Assembly (NCBI GenBank): GCA_002269645.1
Contig: NIVC01000001.1
Location: 868,001-932,000 of the forward strand
DNA from: Macrostomum lignano
Lineage: Eukaryota
Length of the DNA: 64,000 nucleotides
Direction: 5' to 3'
A program made the position numbers and the translations under genes. Shown here in pieces: positions 26,473 through 39,137 of the stretch. Within the stretch, counting starts at the first letter, position 1. Each line of letters starts with the position of its first letter. The notes under the pieces are model-generated. The model had not been told where the DNA came from. It searched no databases and worked only from the letters and a program-made list of their open reading frames with translations.

Positions 26473-29400
26473 ATGCCCCAGTACTTCAACAAGCCGGAGA
26501 ATGCGCTCAAGCGCGCCCAGGAATTCCTGGAAGTGGACAAGAAAGAATCGGCTCTGGACATCTTAGCCGAGGTGATGAAGTCCAAGCGGCATAGGCAGTG
26601 GAACAAAGTACACGAGGACATCATGCTGATGTTCCTGGATCTCTGCGTCGAACTGCGTCGCAACCAGATATTCAAGGAGGTCATCCACCAGTACAAGAAC
26701 ATGACGCTGAACGTGAGCCCCAGCTCGCTGATTGACATTGTTCGCAAATACCTGGAACAGGCCGATCGCAAGACCGAGGAGGCTCGCCAAAAATCCAAAG
26801 ACGCCGTGTCAGCCGAACAAGACGAAGTAGACGATCTGGACGTGATTGAGACGCCCGAGAGTCTGATGATGTCGGCAGTGAGCGGTGAGACTACTCAGGA
26901 CCGCTCAGATCGGGCCATTCTGGTCCCTTGGCTCAAGTTCATGTGGGAGAGCTACAGGCAGTGCCTGGACCTGTTGCGCAACAATAACAAGCTAGAACGG
27001 TTGTACCACGACGTGGCCCAGATGGCCTTCCGATTCTGCGAGAAATACGGCAGGAAAACCGAATTCCGCAAGCTGAACGACATCCTGCGCAGCCATCTGC
27101 TCAAGTTCCAGGCTCAGCTGGCCTCCGGACAGCCGGTGCCACCTACAGGGGTGAATCTGAATAACCCGGACACTCAGGGCTACCATCTGGAGACCCGGCT
27201 GTCCCAGCTGGAGTTCTCTATGAATCTGGAGCTGTACAACGAGGCCTACAAGTCTATTGAGGACATCTGGAATCTGGTCACGCTGTCTAAGAAATCGCCG
27301 AAGCCTAGCATTATGGCCAACTACTACACCAAGGTTGCTCTTGTGTTCTGGAAGTGCGGCAGTCACCTGTTTCACGCGGCCGCCCTACACAAGCTGTTTA
27401 ATTTGCACCGGGAGCACAAGAAAAATATGGCTAGCGATGAGCTGCAGGTGAGACTGAGGGAGGGTCTTTAGGATGAATCAAAGTGTGATTTTGCTGAGGC
27501 TAATAGGATTTTGATTAGACAAGTGAGAAATAAATCAGAAATGACTAGATTTGGATGTGATAGATGAGTTTTTAATAAAACGTGACATTTTAGTGAGATA
27601 TGTCACGATGTGAATCATGTGATATTTCAATGAAAAATTTAGGATTTCAATGAGACGTGTGAGATTTCAATAAAAAATGTAAGATCTCAATGAGACATGT
27701 GAGATTTCAATGAGAAATGTGAGATCTTAATGAGACGTGTAAGATTGCAATGAGACGTGAGATGTCAAAGAGAAATGTAGAATATGAGATGAGAAATGTT
27801 AGATGTCAATGAGAAATGGGAGATGTCAATGAGCTTACCGAATAAGCTCAGTCAGGCAGCTTACACAGCATACCCCACGAAAAATGCAGACCATGGCCAG
27901 CACTGTGCTGTGCGCCACCCTGGCCATCCCGCTGCCATTCGTCCGCGATCGCCACGCCGACTCGCTGCTGGAATCTGGCGAGATCGCCAGCAGCGCCAAG
28001 CAGAAGATGCTGTGCAGCCTCCTCGGCATGCCCATCCCGCCCAGCCGCCGCTCACTCTGCGCCGATCTGGTCCGCGGCGGCATCGTTGAGCTGGCCCACC
28101 CGGAGCTGGCCTCGCTGCACGCTCAGCTGGAGCAGCGGTTCCAGCCTTTGAAACTGGCCGACCGCTGCGCCCCCGGTCTGCAGAACATCCGCTCCAATGA
28201 CCGGCTGGCCCATTACGCCCGGCCAATTGAGGACATGCTGATCTGCCGCACCCTGATCCAGACCGCACAGGTGTACGCCAGCATCACCCTGCCGCGGTTT
28301 GCCACCCTGTTCCCGTTCTGCGACCGGCTCCGCCTGGAGACCACTGTGGTTGAGGCTGCCCGCAATCTGGAGATTCCAGTTCGGATTGATCACAGGCGCG
28401 GTAGTCTGCTGTTTGGCGGCTTCTCCCAGCTGGGCATTTCACAGCGCGAGGAGGGTGTGCTTAGCGACGGGCCAAGCGTGAAGACTGCCGACCAGCTCAG
28501 CAAACAGCTGGTGCTGCTGGGAAGCGCTCTGCAGGTACGGTGGAGATTGGATGGGGTTTTGTGCAGTTGGGTGTACACCTGACAGCTCTCGATGTGCAGA
28601 TAGAACGCTAACCGCACCCAGATCTGCTTAACTTTAAGACGCTTTATAGAGGGGGTCGGCAAACTTATATGTAGCCACAGATACTAGAATAACTAGACGG
28701 GCCACTCAGGCATATATACTTAGTAAAACATCTTTCTACTTTCAGTTCAGTAGCAAAGAATACATAAGCTATTTTATAAACATTTTTCTCTATTAAGTAT
28801 TTTTGTCAGCGTTAGCCTACTGAACAGTAGCAAGAGAAGGATATGATGGTTAAATTACAAAGCTTCAAACGTCTGTCACTCTATGGTGTTCGAGTCCCAT
28901 TTTGAGCACACAAATTAAGCAGCTCACGCTTGGCTACTTACAGTAGTAATATTAATGGCTCATTAGCATAAAGAAAAGGCCAATTTGAAACATCTCCAGG
29001 GCGTGCTGACAATCATTCAACCGGAGAAAGATGCCCAGATTGAGCAGCGCAAAGCTCTGGCTCACAAGTACGGCCAGACAGCTTCTCGCGATCACCAGAA
29101 ACTGCTGCAGCGCAAGGAGCTGATCGAGGAGCGCAAAGAATACCTGGAACAGCTGCAGCAGCGCCGTGAAGAGGAGGAACACATGAAGCAGCGCCAGCAG
29201 CAGGAGCGAATCCAGCAGCTGGAGAGCGAGCGGATGGAGCAGGACGTCAAGCGTAGGCAGCTTGAGCGAAAGGAGATTGAGCAGCGCAATATTCAGCTGA
29301 AGGTAAGTAGCGGCTGTGTGATTCAATAAGTGGCAGCTGTGTGATTCAATGATTGGCAGCTGTGTGATTCAATGAGTGACAGCTGTGTGATTCAATGATT

Positions 29401-31705
29401 GACAGCTGTGTGATTCAATGATTGGCAGCTGTGTGATTCAATGATTGACAGCTGTGTGATTCAATGATTGGCAGCTGTGTGATTCAATAATTTGCAGCTG
29501 TGTGATTCAATGAGTGACAGCTGTGTGATTCAATGATTGGCAGCTGTGTGATTCAATGATTGACAGCTGTGTGATTCAATGATTGGCAGCTGTGTGATTC
29601 AATGATTGACAGCTGTGTGATTCAATGATTGGCAGCTGTGTGATTCAATAATTTTCAGCTGTGTGATTCAATGAGTGACAGCTGTGTGATTCAATGATTG
29701 GCAGCTGTGTGATTCAATAATTTTCAGCTGTGTGATTCAATGATTGGCAGCTGTGTGATTCAATAATTTGCAGCTGTGTGATTCAATGAGTGACAGCTGT
29801 GTGATTCAATGATTGACAGCTGTGTGATTCAATGATTGGCAGCTGTGTGATTCAATGATTGGCAGCTGTGTGATTCAATGATTGGCAGCTGTGTGATTCA
29901 ATGAGTGACAGCTGTGTGATTCAATTAGCAGTGCTTCTCAAATAGTGACACAGCGACAAATAGTGACACAATGAGTGACCCAAAGAGTATCACAGTTAGT
30001 GACTCAGTGAGTACCATAATAAGTGACGATAGTGACGATAAGGTAGTTATTAATGTCGCGGGTGAAAGACAGTAATTGGGCTCAATTAGCAGTTAATAGC
30101 AGAATTCACAACACAAAGCCGTTCACGCCATCGCCCATGCCAAATTCCCTGCAGGTAAAGAAGGAGCGCATCGAAGTGCTGAAGGGCACGGAGGCCGGCC
30201 GGCGCGCCTTCGCCAACCTGGACGACGCCAACATCGAAGACATCAACGCCGACGAGGTTTTCGCTCGGCACGTTGAAAAAGAGCGCCGAGAGCTGATGGA
30301 GCGCATCAAGACCCAGGAGAAGAAGCTGGATCATCTGGCCCGGGCTAAGCGCCTGGAAGAGATCCCACTGCTCACTGCCGAGTATGAGAAGCGGGCTGAG
30401 GAGGCACGTCAGCGCCACGAACAGGCGGAGGCCGAGCGGCTGCGCACGCTGAAAGAGCAGCACGCCAGGCTGCTGCAGCTGAAGCAGGAGGCCCAGAAGA
30501 TCATGCCATTCAAGGCCGAGTTCGAAGACGAGATTCTGTCCGAGCGTCGGTCCGAGTTCGATCGCCGCATGGACGAATGGCGCCAGCGTTTAGAGACGGC
30601 GCGCAAGGAGCGCCTCGCCGAGCGCAAGCTGCAGCGCGAGCAGGATAGGCGCGAAGAGTTTGTGCGCCAGCGCCTGGCCGAGCTGGCCGCCCAGCGGGAG
30701 GCGAAGGAGCGCGCGGCCCGCGAGGAAAAGGAGCGCCAGATGCAGGAGGAGAACAAGAAGAAGCAGCAGCACTATGAGCAGCAGAAGGCTAAGCTAGATG
30801 AGCAGGCCAAGGCTCAGGCGCAGAAGGAGGCCGAGATTGAAGAAAGGCTCAAAGCTCAGCGCGAAGGCGGCGGCACCAGTGCCGCTTCCGGTCCCGGTGA
30901 AAAATGGCGCCCAGCCGGCGGCTCAAAGTGGCGCGAGCGCGAGAAGGAAAAAGAGGACAGCTTCAAGCGGCCAAGCGACAATGCCGGCAGTTGGCGCGCT
31001 GGTGGAGGGGAGCGAACTCGCGACGATAAGCCACTCCGACGGGAGGAGCGGCCGGATCGCTCTGACCGTACTGACCGGTTAGATCGTGATCGCCGAGATG
31101 ACCGCCGCGATGACCGCCGCGTTGACCGACTTCGTGATGACCGCCGCGAGGACCGTCGAGAAGACCGTCAGGAAGACCGTCGGGAGGACCGTCGCGATGA
31201 CCGCCGGGAAGACCGTCGGGAGGACCGCCGTGATGACCGCCGTGATGACCGACGCGATGACCGACGTCGCGATGACCGCCGTGATGACCATCGCGATGAC
31301 CGCCGTGATGACCGTCGCGATGACCGTCGTGATGACCGTCGCGATGACCGTCGTGATGACCGTCGCGATGACCGCCGTGATGACCGACGCCGCGAGGACC
31401 GTCCGTCAATCCAACGCCGAGACGAAGGCCGACGCGACTTGACGGAGGGCTCTTGGCGCAGCAGCGGCGCCAGCTCAGCTTTCGGATCATCGCGCAAGTC
31501 GATTCCGCCTCGTCGGGGCGACGACTCCAGCCGTGGCGCCGCCGACGCTAGCGGCACGCCGTCCAGGCGCCAAGACGAGCGCGGCGAGTCCGGTGGGGCC
31601 TGGCGCTCTCAGCCGGCGGCGCCGAGGGCTCAGCAGGCCGCGCCGGCAGCCGCTGCCAGCTCTGGCGAAGCGGACGGCTGGACAACCGTCAGCAAGAAGA
31701 AGTGA
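26473..31705 (+). CDS. EIF3A: Eukaryotic translation initiation factor 3 subunit A, full length (1157 aa); exons 26473-27447, 27890-28534, 29000-29302, 30155-31705
   Basis: MPQYFNKPENALKRAQEFLEV..., PCI region, RAKRLEEIPL motif and C-terminal DDRR repeats; all introns are phase 0 and GT-AG. Confidence 0.96.
27600..27830. repeat. Degenerate about 20-bp repeat GAGATTTCAATGAGACATGT in eIF3A intron 1
   Basis: Direct inspection. Confidence 0.75.
28677..28790. mobile_element. MITE family C, one-ended fragment
   Basis: CACAGATACTAGAATAACTAGACGGGCCACTCAG terminus only. Confidence 0.75.
29310..29925. repeat. 23-bp tandem repeat GCAGCTGTGTGATTCAATGATTG in eIF3A intron 3
   Basis: About 26 units, starting just after the donor site. 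Confidence 0.97.
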
Positions 31706-32001
31706 AGCCCGGACCTCCGCCGTTGCTTGCGGTTCTGTTCGATCGCCGGATTGTGAGGCAAGATAAAGAACTGAAAAAACAAGTTTATTGATTGAAGCTT
31801 GGATTTAGTCCCCTACTATTAGTAATCTGTTGCTGTTGTTTGTTCGCGAAAATTGTCCGGTCTCTCGTTCCGTTTTGTGCTGCTAGCGTGCAACTCTCAT
31901 TCGCATTGTTCCACTCAGTTACTAACCTTTTCCCATTCTCTTTTCTGATCCTCATTTCTCCCTTCCCTAATTGTAATCGTCCCTTATTCGTTGGTATTGG
32001 G

Positions 32002-32445
32002 CAAAGATACTAGAATAACTAGATGGGCCACTCAGGCATATAATTAGTAAAACAGCTTTCTACTTTTAGTTCAGTAGCAAAGAAGAATACGTAAGCTATT
32101 TTATAAAATAAAGGCAGCTGAAATGACTGAAAGTTTAGACGCCAGCTTGCAGGCGTAAACAGCTTGCTAATTAGTTCACCCATAATGTACATTTAGCCAG
32201 TCCACTGAAATGTACATGGCAGCTTTAGGTTGGAATTCCGCGAAAGGCAATAAAAATAGGGGCGGGTTGGGGGTGGTGTGGAAAGGCGCGGTTGGAGGGT
32301 TTCAGCTGGGGGGGATGGTAAGAGACAAAAGTGAGCCTTGGCTTTAAAAATACATTAAAATGCTTCAGTTTAACTTGCTACTGAACTGAAAGTAGCTTAC
32401 ACGCAAATGTGCTGAGTGGCCCATCTGGTTATTCCAGTATCTGCG
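32002..32445. mobile_element. hAT-type MITE family C, full copy with 8-bp TSD
   Basis: TIRs are flanked on both sides by GTATTGGG (31994-32001 and 32446-32453). Confidence 0.88.
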
Positions 32446-33199
32446 GTATTGGGTCGCATTTTAAATCCAGTTCAAACAATTGTCCCGTCTTCGTGTTTTT
32501 CTCTCCGTCTGAATTGTGTTTTCTTTGCTTGTTATTTTTGTCCCGAGCAGAGCTGGCGGGCTTGTTGGGTTGAGCAGCGGCACGCAAACAGTTGCTAAGT
32601 GGAATTTAATTGAATTCAAGAAAAATAAAATGACAATTTTAGTCAGCGCTTGATTCTATTTTAGGCTGGCCTGTCATCTCTTGTTAAATGCGCTGCTGTC
32701 TGAGCATGACTTTGTTTATTTTTTGCTACTTGTGTACTTTATTCGGCAATGACTGAGACAGATATGAGATAACCGACGTGACAACAGAGCAGCTTAGCGG
32801 TAACATGGACCAGTCCCCAAAACACAAAGTGTGTACAATTGCCTGACAATAGGAGAGCCTCCCTGCGAACTTTCGCGGATAAACAGGCAGAAGTACATAA
32901 GCCAGCCTGCATAAAGCACAAAATGGTCATCTTCTCTGGAACCGTGGCTTCCTTCTATGTTCAGAGGGATGTTTGGGCGTGACACCTGTCTTTTTCTAGG
33001 CGCAACTTTCTGTGTGCTTTAGATTTTTATCAACATTCATTCCCGATCATGTCTTTAAATTATTCCCAGGACTTGACGCCAATACTTTATAAGAACGCCA
33101 ATATCTACTCTTAAAAATCGAGCCTTTTTATACCCGTGAACTTCATTCCTAGCCTAAGCATTTCCCTAAGCTCGAACTACTAACAGTAGCGTAAAAGCT

Positions 33200-33415
33200 T
33201 TTTTCTCTTAAAACTGGGACTACTATATACGATTGTTTCTCGGAAAATTTTAGAATGAAGGTTGTACTGAAAAAATGAAAATTTTATTGCTTTTGATAGT
33301 AGGCAGACTAAATGTTCATCTTTTGATCTGCTTTAGCATTTCTTACAGCTCTATTGATATTTATAGGGCTTTTCGTTTAGAAAATTAGGATTCTTTGTTA
33401 ATTTTATATCCTACG
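33200..33415 (+). repeat. Dispersed repeat family E, the target of the gypsy insertion
   Basis: TTATTGCTTTTGATAG..GGCAGAC..AATGTTCATCTTTTGA..TTACAGCTC.ATTGATATTTATA is shared with 58340-58475. Confidence 0.7.
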
Positions 33416-36400
33416 TGTCGTATCGCGTGACTCAGCGGGTGTACATTGAGTACACTCGCTGTTTTATTTTATCGATTGACTGACAATGCTTCATTGAGCG
33501 TGACTAGTGTGTGTTCTTTTAAAACCCTTGTGCTTTTATGCATCAATTATTCTTACGTTCGCTTGTATCAAAAATATAAAAGTCGTCTAGTGAGCTCAGA
33601 GCTCAATACTTTTTTATTTCTCGCACTAACCACTATAGAGTTGTTTTAGTGGCGACGAGGATTGTGGCTGAGCAATGCCTAACCACGCAATCGGAGAATA
33701 TGAGGACTCCTGGAGGAAACCTGGGATGAGTACCAGGAGCGTCTGGAGCAACATTTCCTGGCACAGGACATCACCGACGAAAGTAAAAAGAGGGCCACCC
33801 TGCTGAGCGTCTGCGGTAGGAAAACCTTCCAGTTGGCCAGAAGCCTCTGCTCTCCAGCCAAAGTCGCGGACAAATCCTATGCCGAAATATGCGAGCTGCT
33901 GAGCGCTCATTTCAACCCAAGGCCGAGCGAGATCATTCAGAGGTTCCACTTCAATAACCGAGTTCAGCGCCCTGGAGAGTCGGTGGCAGAGTTCCTTGCG
34001 GAGCTGCGGAAGCTGGCGGAGTTCTGCAATTACGGCGGGAGCCTGTCTGACATGCTACGCGACAGGCTGGTGTGCGGCATCGCGGACCAGCAAATCCAGC
34101 GCCGGCTCCTGATGGAGGCCGAGCTGACCCTCGATACTGCCAAACAGATCGCGCAAGCGGGCGAGTCAGCAGCCAAAAACTTTCAATCGCTGGGCTCAGC
34201 AAAACCTGCGGCAGTGACATCGGCATCGTCAGCGACAGAGAGCGACTCCGTGCTTCGAATGGAACGACAGCGACCGCAAGACAGCCGTCAGTCTGGAACA
34301 GAAGGCCGGCGGCGCTGTTTCCGCTGCTTGTCGACTCGCCATCCGGCAGCCAAATGTCCCTTCGCGGACAAACGCTGTTTCAACTGCAGCAAAACCGGGC
34401 ACACCGCGAAGGCATGCAAGGCGGTGACACAGCACCAGCAAATGCACCAGCTGATTGACCAGCAGCCTTCAGACAGCAGCTCAGCTCAGGCCGCCGAGCC
34501 GCCCAGCCCAGCCGAGGTCGCTTATCCCTTCTACCATCTGGGTGCTGACCGATCGCAGGCCAGGTTTCCTCCAATCGTGACCTCTGTCTTCATCGAGGAG
34601 AAGCGATTCGAGATGGAGGTGGACACGGGGGCATCCGTATCGCTGATGTCCGAACGTACGTTCAAGGAAAACCTGGGAAGCCGGATGTCTCTGCGCAACG
34701 GTTCAGCTCAGTACGTACACCGGTCAAACCGTCCAGATTGGCTACACCGCCTGCGGCTGGACTGGCAATCTATCAAGCGGATGGAAGAAGCTGATGCAGC
34801 CAAGGAGTTGCTACAGGAGTTCTCAGAAGTCTTCCAAGGTCTGGGCGAGCTCAGCGGCAAGCCGGTGTCCATCAGTCTGAAGGAGAACGCCAGTCCAAGG
34901 TTCTATAAGGCGCGGCCGGTGCCGTTTGCGCTGCGCGAGAAGGTTGAGCAGCAGCTACAGAAGGAAATCGACCAAGGAATCCTGGTGCCGGTCAAAAACT
35001 CCGACTGGGCGTCCCCGATCGTGCCGGTAATGAAGTCCGACGGCAGCGTGCGCATCTGCGCTGATTTCAAGCAGACGGTCAACGCAGCTATCCGGCCTGA
35101 GGCTTACCCGCTGCCGAACATCGACGAGCTATTTTCACGCTTGGCTGGCGGTAAGAAGTTCTCAAAACTTGATCTGAGCCAGGCATTTTCGCAGCTTCCC
35201 CTGGATGAGGATGCTCAAGAGCTCTGTACCATCAACACCTCGCTGGGACTTCTTCGCTACACCCGTCTGCCTTTCGGCGTGTCGATCGCCCCCAGCGTGT
35301 TTCAGCGGGTGATGGACAGCTTACTGCGAGGAATTCCGCACTCTGCATCCTTCATCGATGATGTCATCATCACAGGCGAAGACGACGCCAGTCACCTCCG
35401 CAACCTGAGAGCAGTTCTGAAGGTCTTCAAGGAGTCCGGGCTGACCTGCAAGCTTGAGAAGTGCACCTTTTTCAAGGACGAAGTCACATACCTAGGCCAC
35501 CGCATCGACGCCGAAGGGCTGCACCCGCTGGACGATAAGGTTCCAGCTGTGCTGGACGCGCCTGCACCGACTAACACGACTCAACTGAGGAGCTTCTTGG
35601 GCCTCATCAACTACTACGGCAAGTTTTTGCCAAATCTCTCTAGTGTTCTGGCCCCGCTGCACAGGCTCTTGGAGAAGAACTCAAGGTGGCAGTGGGATCG
35701 CAGCGAGGCGGACGCGTTCAGCGCGGCAAAGCAGCTGCTCACGCACCCCAGCGTCCTAGTCCACTATAACGCTGCAGAAGAGCTCTACCTGGAGTGCGAC
35801 GCATCGCAGTACGGGCTCGGTGCCGTCATATTCCACCGTCGGGACGGCATGGACAAGCCGATCGCGTACGCTTCGCGCAGCCTCAGCTCAGCAGAGAAAA
35901 ATTACTGCCAGCTGGAGAAGGAGGCCTTGGCGCTGGTTTTCGGTGTGAAAAAATTTCATCACTATCTGTTTGGTCGGGAGTTCAACCTGTTGACCGACCA
36001 CCGGCCGCTTCTCGGCCTTCTAGGACAAGAGCGACCGCTTCCAGCCCTGGCTTCCGGCCGAGTCCAACGATGGGCGTTGCTGCTGACCGCGTACCGGTAC
36101 CGTCTTGTACACCGCAGCGGGGTCTCCATGCTCCGAGCAGACGCCTTAAGCCGCCTTCCTGCATCAGCTGGCCCTAAGGAAGTTCCGGTGCCTCCAGAAG
36201 TCGTGCAAGTGATGGACTGCCTGGACGCCGGGCCGGTGACTTCATCAGACGTGCGCACCTGGTCCCGCCGCGACCCTACATTGTCACGCGTAATTCTTTA
36301 CTGTCTCTCGGCCTGGTCAGACCGGGATTCCTGGACTTCCGATTTGGTGCCCTTCGGGAAACGGCACTAGGAATTGTCAGTTCAAGACGGCTGCGTTCTC

Positions 36401-37874
36401 TGGGGCAGTCGTGTCGTCATTCCTGAAGTCGGCCAAAGCCGCTTGCTCGACTGCCTGCGTGTTGGACACCCTGGAGCATCCCGGATGAAGTCGCTTGCCA
36501 GAAGTTACATATGGTGGCCGGGCATGGATCGTGACATTGAGGCCAAGGCAGCAAGCTGCACGGACTGCCAGAAGCACCAGCGAGCCGGACCAGAAGCTCC
36601 GCTGCAGCCATGGCCGCTAACGGCAAGGCCTTGGTCGAGAATCCACGTCGATTTTGCCGGTCCCGTCCAAGGTCGGATGCTGCTGGTGGTGGTCGACTCC
36701 TTCTCAAAGTGGCTCGATGTGTACGTGACGACAGCGACGAAGACCTTCGCAACAGTGGAAAAGCTGCGACAGAGCTTCAGCACTCATGGCCTACCGGAGA
36801 CCATCGTCTCGGACAATGGGCCCTGCTTTGCCAGCTTCGAGTTCGACGCCTTTTGTGCCAAGAACGGAATTCGGCACATCCGCACGCCACCCTACCACCC
36901 GGCTTCCAATGGCCAAGCTGAGCGAGCAGTGCAAACTGTTAAGAACTCCCTGAAGAAGCAGGCCAATGACGGCAGCTCCCTGGAGACCCAGCTGGCCAGA
37001 TTCCTGCTCAGCTACCGTACTACACCGCATCCAACGACGGGAGTGGCACCGTGTGAGCTGCTGATGCACCGGACGCTGCGTAGCCTGCTCGACGTACCGA
37101 GGCCAGACATCGCCAAGCGAGTTCTCGAGAGCCAGGAAAAGCAGAAGCAGCAGCACGACTCGGGCGCACAAAGACGAGTCTTCGAGAAGGGCGAGGCGGT
37201 GTTCGTTCAAGACTTTAGCCGCGGGAACGAGCGAACCTGGACATCGGCTATGGTGGTCGGCAAGGAGGGCAGCAACTGGTACAAGTGCATTCTGCCGAAC
37301 AACCGGATGGTGCGGCGGCACACAGAACAGATGCGAATCGACAAGACTTCCCAGCGGCCTGGGCCGCTGCAGACGAATCCGGAATCCAGCGGTGAGCTCA
37401 GGCCTCCACTACCGCAACCGTTGGTTCCGCCGCCACCGCCGCTGCAGCTGCCGCCGCCACCGCCACCGTCGCCGCCGCCGCCGCCGCCAACGCCGCCGCC
37501 GCCGCCAACGCCGCCGCCAACGCCGCCGCCACCGTCGCAGCCTCGACGGCTGCAACTTCCAGATCAAGGACCAGCACAAGCTCTCAGAAGATCAAGCAGA
37601 GCTCGATCGATTCCCGTCCGCCTAAACTACGATGGGAGAGGTGTCGTATCGCGTGGCTCAGCGGGTGTACATTGAGTACACTCGCTGTTTTATTTTATCG
37701 ATTGACTGACAATGCTTCTTTGAGCGTGACTAGTGTGTGTTCTTTTAAAACCCTTGTGCTTTTATGCATCAATTATTCTTACGTTCGCTTGTATCAAAAA
37801 TATAAAAGTCGTCTAGTGAGCTCAGAGCTCAATACTTTTTTATTTCTCGCACTAACCACTATAGAGTTGTTTTA
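33416..37874 (+). mobile_element. Ty3/gypsy LTR retrotransposon (probably Mag-like), full length but defective
   Basis: 233-bp LTRs at 33416-33648 and 37642-37874 with 2 differences seen, 5-bp TSD CTACG, PBS TGGCGACGAGG and PPT GATGGGAGAGG. Domain order is gag (CCHC knuckles)-PR (VDTGAS)-RT (FIDD)-RNase H-IN (HHCC, DDE). Confidence 0.97.
33675..37675 (+). pseudogene. Gypsy gag-pol with a frameshift near 33705, a deletion in the protease (about 34700-34745) and an in-frame TAG at 36368-36370
   Basis: The ATG frame at 33675 is out of frame with ETWDEYQERLEQHF. The LSTYTGQTVQI motif is in a shifted frame and the LLGRD motif is absent. CAC TAG GAA lies between RNase H and integrase. Confidence 0.85.
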
Positions 37875-38121
37875 CTACGTAAAATTGTACAAGTTTTGTA
37901 CGAGTTGGAAAATGAAGACCTATCTTCGTAATGTTATTTTTTCGGTCAAAACTGCCACCTAAAGTTTTCCAAGAAACGGATAGTTTCCTGTCCTTCTCGA
38001 GAAGTCATTGGTTCGACACTGAATTTCACTCCTGCACCATGAGAGCTGACTCAGTCTTGTGCAGGAACGATTAGTATAACAAAGCAATCATCAAATTAGA
38101 TTCAAACCACTAAAATAGCCA

Positions 38122-38558
38122 TATGGGCCCACTCAGGCATATACTTAGCAAAACAGCTGTCTACTTTCAGTTCAGTAGCAAAAAGAATACAGAAGCTATT
38201 TTATAAAAATCAGGCAGCTGAAATGACTTTTGATAATTTTAGAAGCCCAAGCTTGCAGGCGTAAACAGCTTGCTAATTGCCTAATTGGTTTAGCAATAAT
38301 GTACATGGCCAGTCCACTGAAATGTACATGACAGATTTAGGCTGGAATTTGGAGAAAGTCAATAAAAATTGGGGCGCGCCGCGTGGTGTGGAAATTCGCG
38401 GTTGGAGGGTTTCAGCTGGGTGGAAGAGCCAATAAATGAGCCGTGGCTTTAAAAATACGCTCGTACATTAAAATGCTTCTGCTTAACTTACTACTGAACT
38501 GAAAGTAGCTTACACGCAAATGTGCTGAGTGGCCCATCTAGTTATTCCAGTATCTGCG
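38122..38558. mobile_element. MITE family C copy (one terminus eroded)
   Basis: Colinear with 32002-32445. Confidence 0.85.
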
Positions 38559-38783
38559 ATTCAAACTGACAAAGGCCTCCGTCGTGTTATCCTCATTGGC
38601 TGAAAGCTGATTGTGTAAAAGTACTCGAATTTGCCAACGCCTTGTAGCCATAGACAGTTCGCCTCTGCTTGCAAAGAATTAGCTAAAAATGCCTTCCGTA
38701 GAGTCATGAGCGTAGCCCCCCCCCCCACTCGTGACGCAGGGGAGCAGATTCGGTGAAGTATAAACTAGGATTTTTGTACAAAG

Positions 38784-39091
38784 CGACCACAGCCAGGGCA
38801 AAGCGGAGCGCAGACAGCTGCGAACTCGATCATCCCGATGCCTTCGGACTCGAGGCGCAGACGCTCCTCCAGAATTGGCCGATGGCTCGGCGAGCTCAGC
38901 GAGTCCGATCGTCAGGCTCTGCCTGTCGACTTTGCGGAGATCGCCTCGCTGATTGGCTCTTCCGTGCGAGCCCCGGCTCCCTGCAGTGCTCCGAGTTCCG
39001 GCGAAGGCCTTCTGCAGCAGCAGCAACCGGCTCAGTTCTCACTTCCGCTGCAGCCGCCTCCGCCGCCGCCACTGCCACCACCACCACCACC

Positions 39092-39137
<46 letters not shown>

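Noticed and set aside
31080-31400. DDRR repeat in eIF3A as a novelty
   Set aside because: Asp/Arg-rich C-terminal repeats are a known feature of animal eIF3a.
20953-31557. Many long antisense and alternate-frame ORFs over the eIF3A exons
   Set aside because: These are shadows of GC-rich, repetitive coding sequence and are duplicated along with the exons.
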